A stretch of DNA of 64,000 nt, from IMG/VR virus record IMGVR_UViG_3300028920_000022, positions 310,001 through 374,000 of that record. One strand, 5' to 3'. Position 1 is the first letter of the stretch, and every line of letters begins with the position of its first letter. Made by a program: the position numbers and the translations under genes. Below, piece after piece: positions 60,838-64,000 of this stretch. Below the pieces are notes generated by a model that saw only the letters and a program-made list of their open reading frames with translations, was not told where the DNA came from and made no database searches.

Positions 60838-62465
60838 CGCGCATTTTAACCTCAAAGAATTTATTTAGTGTAACCGGTTCCGACAAAATCGGATGGAGCC
60901 CCGCCTCAATCGCAGATTGTCAACTGTGGTGGGAATGTGATTTTTCAGATAAAAGAGGAAGATCTATTACACCCGGACCGCCAGATGTATATGATTCAAT
61001 TCCAAATTTAGGCAGATTTCTGGGTACGTTTGATGCCGCCGCAGCTGCGCGCCCTACCGTTGCCTATATAACCTCAAATGATGTAATTAGACAAGTTGCC
61101 CTCTTTGACGCTACCAATGATAGATTGCAAAGTAGCTTGGCTGCCACTAATTGGAAAAATTTGCACTCAGGTAACTTTACCATATTTGCCGTATATAGAC
61201 CTACGACTGATTCTGCTGGATATATTTTCGCTACCCAGGAAAATAACGCCAATAATACCGGAGTAGCTATATATTTCAATACCGAGGCTAATGGTGGAGG
61301 GTTTACCGTAAGTAATGGAACCGGCGTTTATGTCATTAATCAAAGCTCTGGCGTTGATACAGTAACCGTTGGTGAAGTGTGTATCCAGGAAGTATACGTA
61401 GAACAAGGAGCTATTACCGAATATGAAATTGTTATCAATGGTATAGCTAATGTTGGAGGACCATTAATAGGCGATCCGTCTAGTGGAGATCCCACAAATA
61501 CCGCAGCAATTGGGGCTGGAAGTAATGCTTCTACAGATCCTTTCGGTGGTCAAATAATGGCGATTATTGGATACGATCGATCACTTACAGATTTAGAAAG
61601 AGCGGTGATTAGGGATTATTTAGCAAGTAAGTATCAAGAGAATGGAGTTTCGGTAGAACAGAATCCTACGTTTTATTTCGATTTTAGTACAAAAAGAAGT
61701 TACCATATAGACACAGGAAATGCTCAAGCTGGGGAACAGGCGGATATTTTATATGATTTAAGTGGAAATGCTCATCAGGGTATTCAAAATACAAATAATA
61801 AGCAGGGTACTATGGGTTTTGATGATGATAATAATAGGGAAGTGGAAGTTGATGGGACGGCTGATTGTTATGCATTGAGCGCCGCCGCGGGTTGGCCGGC
61901 TGGAACGAGCCACTCGTTTTGGTGTGAATACGATCCTGACGGCTCCACCGGCGCAAATCAGTATTTCGTGGACTTCGCCACCGGGCGCCTAATCTTTGCG
62001 CACCTTGGCGTGACCGGAAAATTGGGTGTGTACGATGGGTCATGGAGAGGATTGGGATCTGCGATTACCGGTGAGCAGTCAGTGGAATTTCACTGCAACG
62101 ACACAGCCAACACGATCGAGGCTTACCGAACCGGCACCCTAGTTGGACAGGCTACTTACGGCGCATCCGTGGCGATGGGCGGAACCACTGCGCTGTTATC
62201 GCACAATGGGCAAGCGGCTGGGTTTATTGATGGTTCCATCCAAGAACTCTGGGGCCGCGATTCCCTCATGTCGACCACCGAAATCTTCGAGTCCCGCGCC
62301 GCCCGTGCAGCAAAGTATCCTACTCGGTGGGCTGATACTTTACCATTAGTTGTACCAGTGGGACCGGAAGGATGTTGGTTCGATACTAGTTCAGCTGATA
62401 ATTTTGTATTGGATGGCACGGACATCATCGTCGCCAAGGACTGCAGCCGGCAGATTGACGATCCG
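59687..62465 (+). repeat. Dispersed direct repeats between the two LamG paralogs
   Basis: 59687-59750 similar to 62239-62302; 59869-59913 vs 62421-62465 (44/45 identical). Further blocks outside this span: 60342-60365 = 62882-62905 (24 bp) and 60821-60838 = 63370-63387 (18 bp). Confidence 0.9.
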
Positions 62466-63386
62466 CTGGTGGACGGTGACATGGAAGCGGTGGGGACCGC
62501 TAACTGGGCGTCACTGTCCGGCGCCACGATCACGAAACAGGGCGGCGCATATCAGGGCGCACAATGCCTGCGTGCCGCTCTCGCCGTCGCTGACACGTTC
62601 GGGGCCGCCCGTCAGGTGGCGTTGACGGTCGGCGAGCGGTATTTGGTCGAAGGTGTTGCTCAGGGTGACGGCACCAACGGTTTCCCGCGTCTATATTTTG
62701 GCGGTTCTCAGAACCTGTGGAACGGCACAACGGCCAACGCTTGGCAGGAGTGCGTAGCGGTCGAAACGGCTGGGTTCACTCAACTGGACTTGGGCGTCGG
62801 TGGTGTCAATGGCACGGCTGACTATGCTGAGTGGGATGCAGTCACCATCACCCCCGGAAACCACGGCTACCAGGCTACGAGCGCGAACCGGCCGACGTAT
62901 GACGTAGCCAACAAATGCATGACATTCACGGCGGCGAACAGTGAACTTCTAGACTGGGTGGTCCCGAACGCAAGCGCGGGAACATTGTTGGGGTGGGTTA
63001 AGTTCGGGGGTGTGCAACAAACACTGGCTGGATCATGGGATACCAGCGACTATTGCTTGCTCGAATTGGACGGCGCACAAAAGGTTCGGGCATATGTCGG
63101 AACACACGTTATCGTTAGTACAAACACACTGTCTACTGGTGTGTGGCACCTTCTGGCTATAACGTGGGACGGATCATCTGAAACGTTATACATTGACAAC
63201 TTGCCCCCGCAGTCTAAATCAGACGGGGACTCTGCCAGCACCCGTGCCTTGACCGTTGGGGCGCGTGATTTCAACGGTGCGATCGATTGGTATTTGAACG
63301 GATCGATCAGCGACGTACAGCTTCGTCCCTACGCAATCACGGCGGCTGAGTACGCCTACCTCTACGGCATCGGGCGCAACCCATGA
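60834..63386 (+). CDS. Multi-LamG/CBM-like putative receptor-binding protein (GC mosaic)
   Basis: TLLGWVK, WHLLAITWDG, LYID, YLNGSISDV; collinear with 58273-60837, and both end in GRNP. Confidence 0.7.
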   Translation: MTRILTSKNLFSVTGSDKIGWSPASIADCQLWWECDFSDKRGRSITPGPPDVYDSIPNLGRFLGTFDAAAAARPTVAYITSNDVIRQVALFDATNDRLQSSLAATNWKNLHSGNFTIFAVYRPTTDSAGYIFATQENNANNTGVAIYFNTEANGGGFTVSNGTGVYVINQSSGVDTVTVGEVCIQEVYVEQGAITEYEIVINGIANVGGPLIGDPSSGDPTNTAAIGAGSNASTDPFGGQIMAIIGYDRSLTDLERAVIRDYLASKYQENGVSVEQNPTFYFDFSTKRSYHIDTGNAQAGEQADILYDLSGNAHQGIQNTNNKQGTMGFDDDNNREVEVDGTADCYALSAAAGWPAGTSHSFWCEYDPDGSTGANQYFVDFATGRLIFAHLGVTGKLGVYDGSWRGLGSAITGEQSVEFHCNDTANTIEAYRTGTLVGQATYGASVAMGGTTALLSHNGQAAGFIDGSIQELWGRDSLMSTTEIFESRAARAAKYPTRWADTLPLVVPVGPEGCWFDTSSADNFVLDGTDIIVAKDCSRQIDDPLVDGDMEAVGTANWASLSGATITKQGGAYQGAQCLRAALAVADTFGAARQVALTVGERYLVEGVAQGDGTNGFPRLYFGGSQNLWNGTTANAWQECVAVETAGFTQLDLGVGGVNGTADYAEWDAVTITPGNHGYQATSANRPTYDVANKCMTFTAANSELLDWVVPNASAGTLLGWVKFGGVQQTLAGSWDTSDYCLLELDGAQKVRAYVGTHVIVSTNTLSTGVWHLLAITWDGSSETLYIDNLPPQSKSDGDSASTRALTVGARDFNGAIDWYLNGSISDVQLRPYAITAAEYAYLYGIGRNP

Positions 63387-63447
63387 CCCGTCTCGCCGCG
63401 GTCGCCCCGTTCGTTGCGGAGCCGACCAACAAAGGTTATCGCAAAAC

Positions 63448-64000
63448 ATGAAAGAGGAAATGGAGAAACTGCTGATACGAATTATACTTCTTATTACCGC
63501 TTGCACCCCGCCAATACAACAACCAAATCCCGAACAATCGGCAGCAGTCCTGCTACGTCTTAATCACCCATATTGTGGCGCCGTGGCGGTTAGTCCACAC
63601 CACCTCGTAACCACCGAACATTGTATGATGGGAGCTACTATAGTAGAATACCTGGATCAAGATGGTTGGCGATTCTGGAACCCACATTCGGCAACATTAA
63701 TACGTACCGATAAACCACGAGACCTAGCCCTGCTCGAAACCGAATACCCGCTTACTTCATGGAGTAAACCTCGCACCGAAGAATTAGTTGCGGGTGAACC
63801 GGTATGCACCAGTGCTCGATTTACTTGGATCTGCGGCAAGGTAATACATCCACTCACGCTTGCATGTGTGGATCGTGGAAATGGTAAACTATGTTCGAAA
63901 AAATCCATCGAAGCCCAAGAATGGTTGACTGAAACAGATTTGCCCACTTGGGTTGGATTGAGCGGATCGGGTGTGTGGGATGCACAAGGTAGAATTGTGG
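63448..64000 (+). CDS. Trypsin-like (S1) serine protease lipoprotein, 3'-partial; absent from ORF track
   Basis: Manual translation: MKEEMEKLLIRIILLITAC (lipobox), CGAVAVSPHHLVTTEHC (His), RDLALL (Asp), GLSGSGVWDAQGRIV (Ser). Confidence 0.8.
   Translation, partial: MKEEMEKLLIRIILLITACTPPIQQPNPEQSAAVLLRLNHPYCGAVAVSPHHLVTTEHCMMGATIVEYLDQDGWRFWNPHSATLIRTDKPRDLALLETEYPLTSWSKPRTEELVAGEPVCTSARFTWICGKVIHPLTLACVDRGNGKLCSKKSIEAQEWLTETDLPTWVGLSGSGVWDAQGRIV

Noticed and set aside
58273-63386. Diversity-generating retroelement (TR/VR pair) explaining the repeats between the LamG genes
   Set aside because: Mismatches are not adenine-specific and are mostly synonymous, both copies are coding, and no reverse transcriptase is in the window.
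1725-63947. Minus-strand and nested short ORFs in the track
   Set aside because: They lie within or across longer + strand genes with recognisable motifs and are shadow frames, most abundant in Gly-rich and GC-rich regions.
1-64000. Eukaryotic giant virus (NCLDV) origin, suggested by GT29, tubulin and glycosylation genes
   Set aside because: Shine-Dalgarno sites, overlapping operonic genes, intrinsic terminators, sigma-70, DnaB/DnaC and a lipoprotein all indicate a bacterial-type expression system.

Overview
This looks like a 64-kb segment of a large (jumbo-type) tailed dsDNA bacteriophage. All credible genes are on the + strand and most are translationally coupled. Layout: (1) 1-7748: two large virion/baseplate-like proteins carrying LamG-like and dockerin-like domains, the second broken by a 1-nt frameshift, then a terminator. 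(2) 7834-34010: a roughly 30-gene sugar-modification cluster with many GT2/GT4/CgeB-like glycosyltransferases, a GT29 sialyltransferase-like enzyme, KdsA, a CMP-ulosonate synthetase, a sulfotransferase, formyl-, acetyl- and methyltransferases, a Per-like aminotransferase, gmd, fcl and rfbB. No flippase, polymerase or export genes are recognisable. (3) 34641-48106: tubulin/FtsZ-family GTPase, SF2 helicase, DnaC-like loader, DnaB, sigma factor, split class II RNR (NrdJa with a LAGLIDADG intein, plus NrdJb) and methionine aminopeptidase, then a terminator. (4) 48229-63386: glycine-rich fibre genes with an embedded GT2, and three paralogous LamG-type receptor-binding genes that are GC mosaics. (5) A trypsin-like lipoprotein running off the end. 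The most striking unexplained signal is an Asp-Gly-Tyr (DGY) tripeptide found about 33 times, by manual count, in five predicted virion proteins but only twice in all the non-structural proteins. With the export-less glycosylation/sulfation cluster, this suggests a phage-encoded, sequon-directed virion modification system (hypothesis). No tRNA, rRNA or CRISPR array was recognised. All assignments rest on motif recognition by eye, without database searches.
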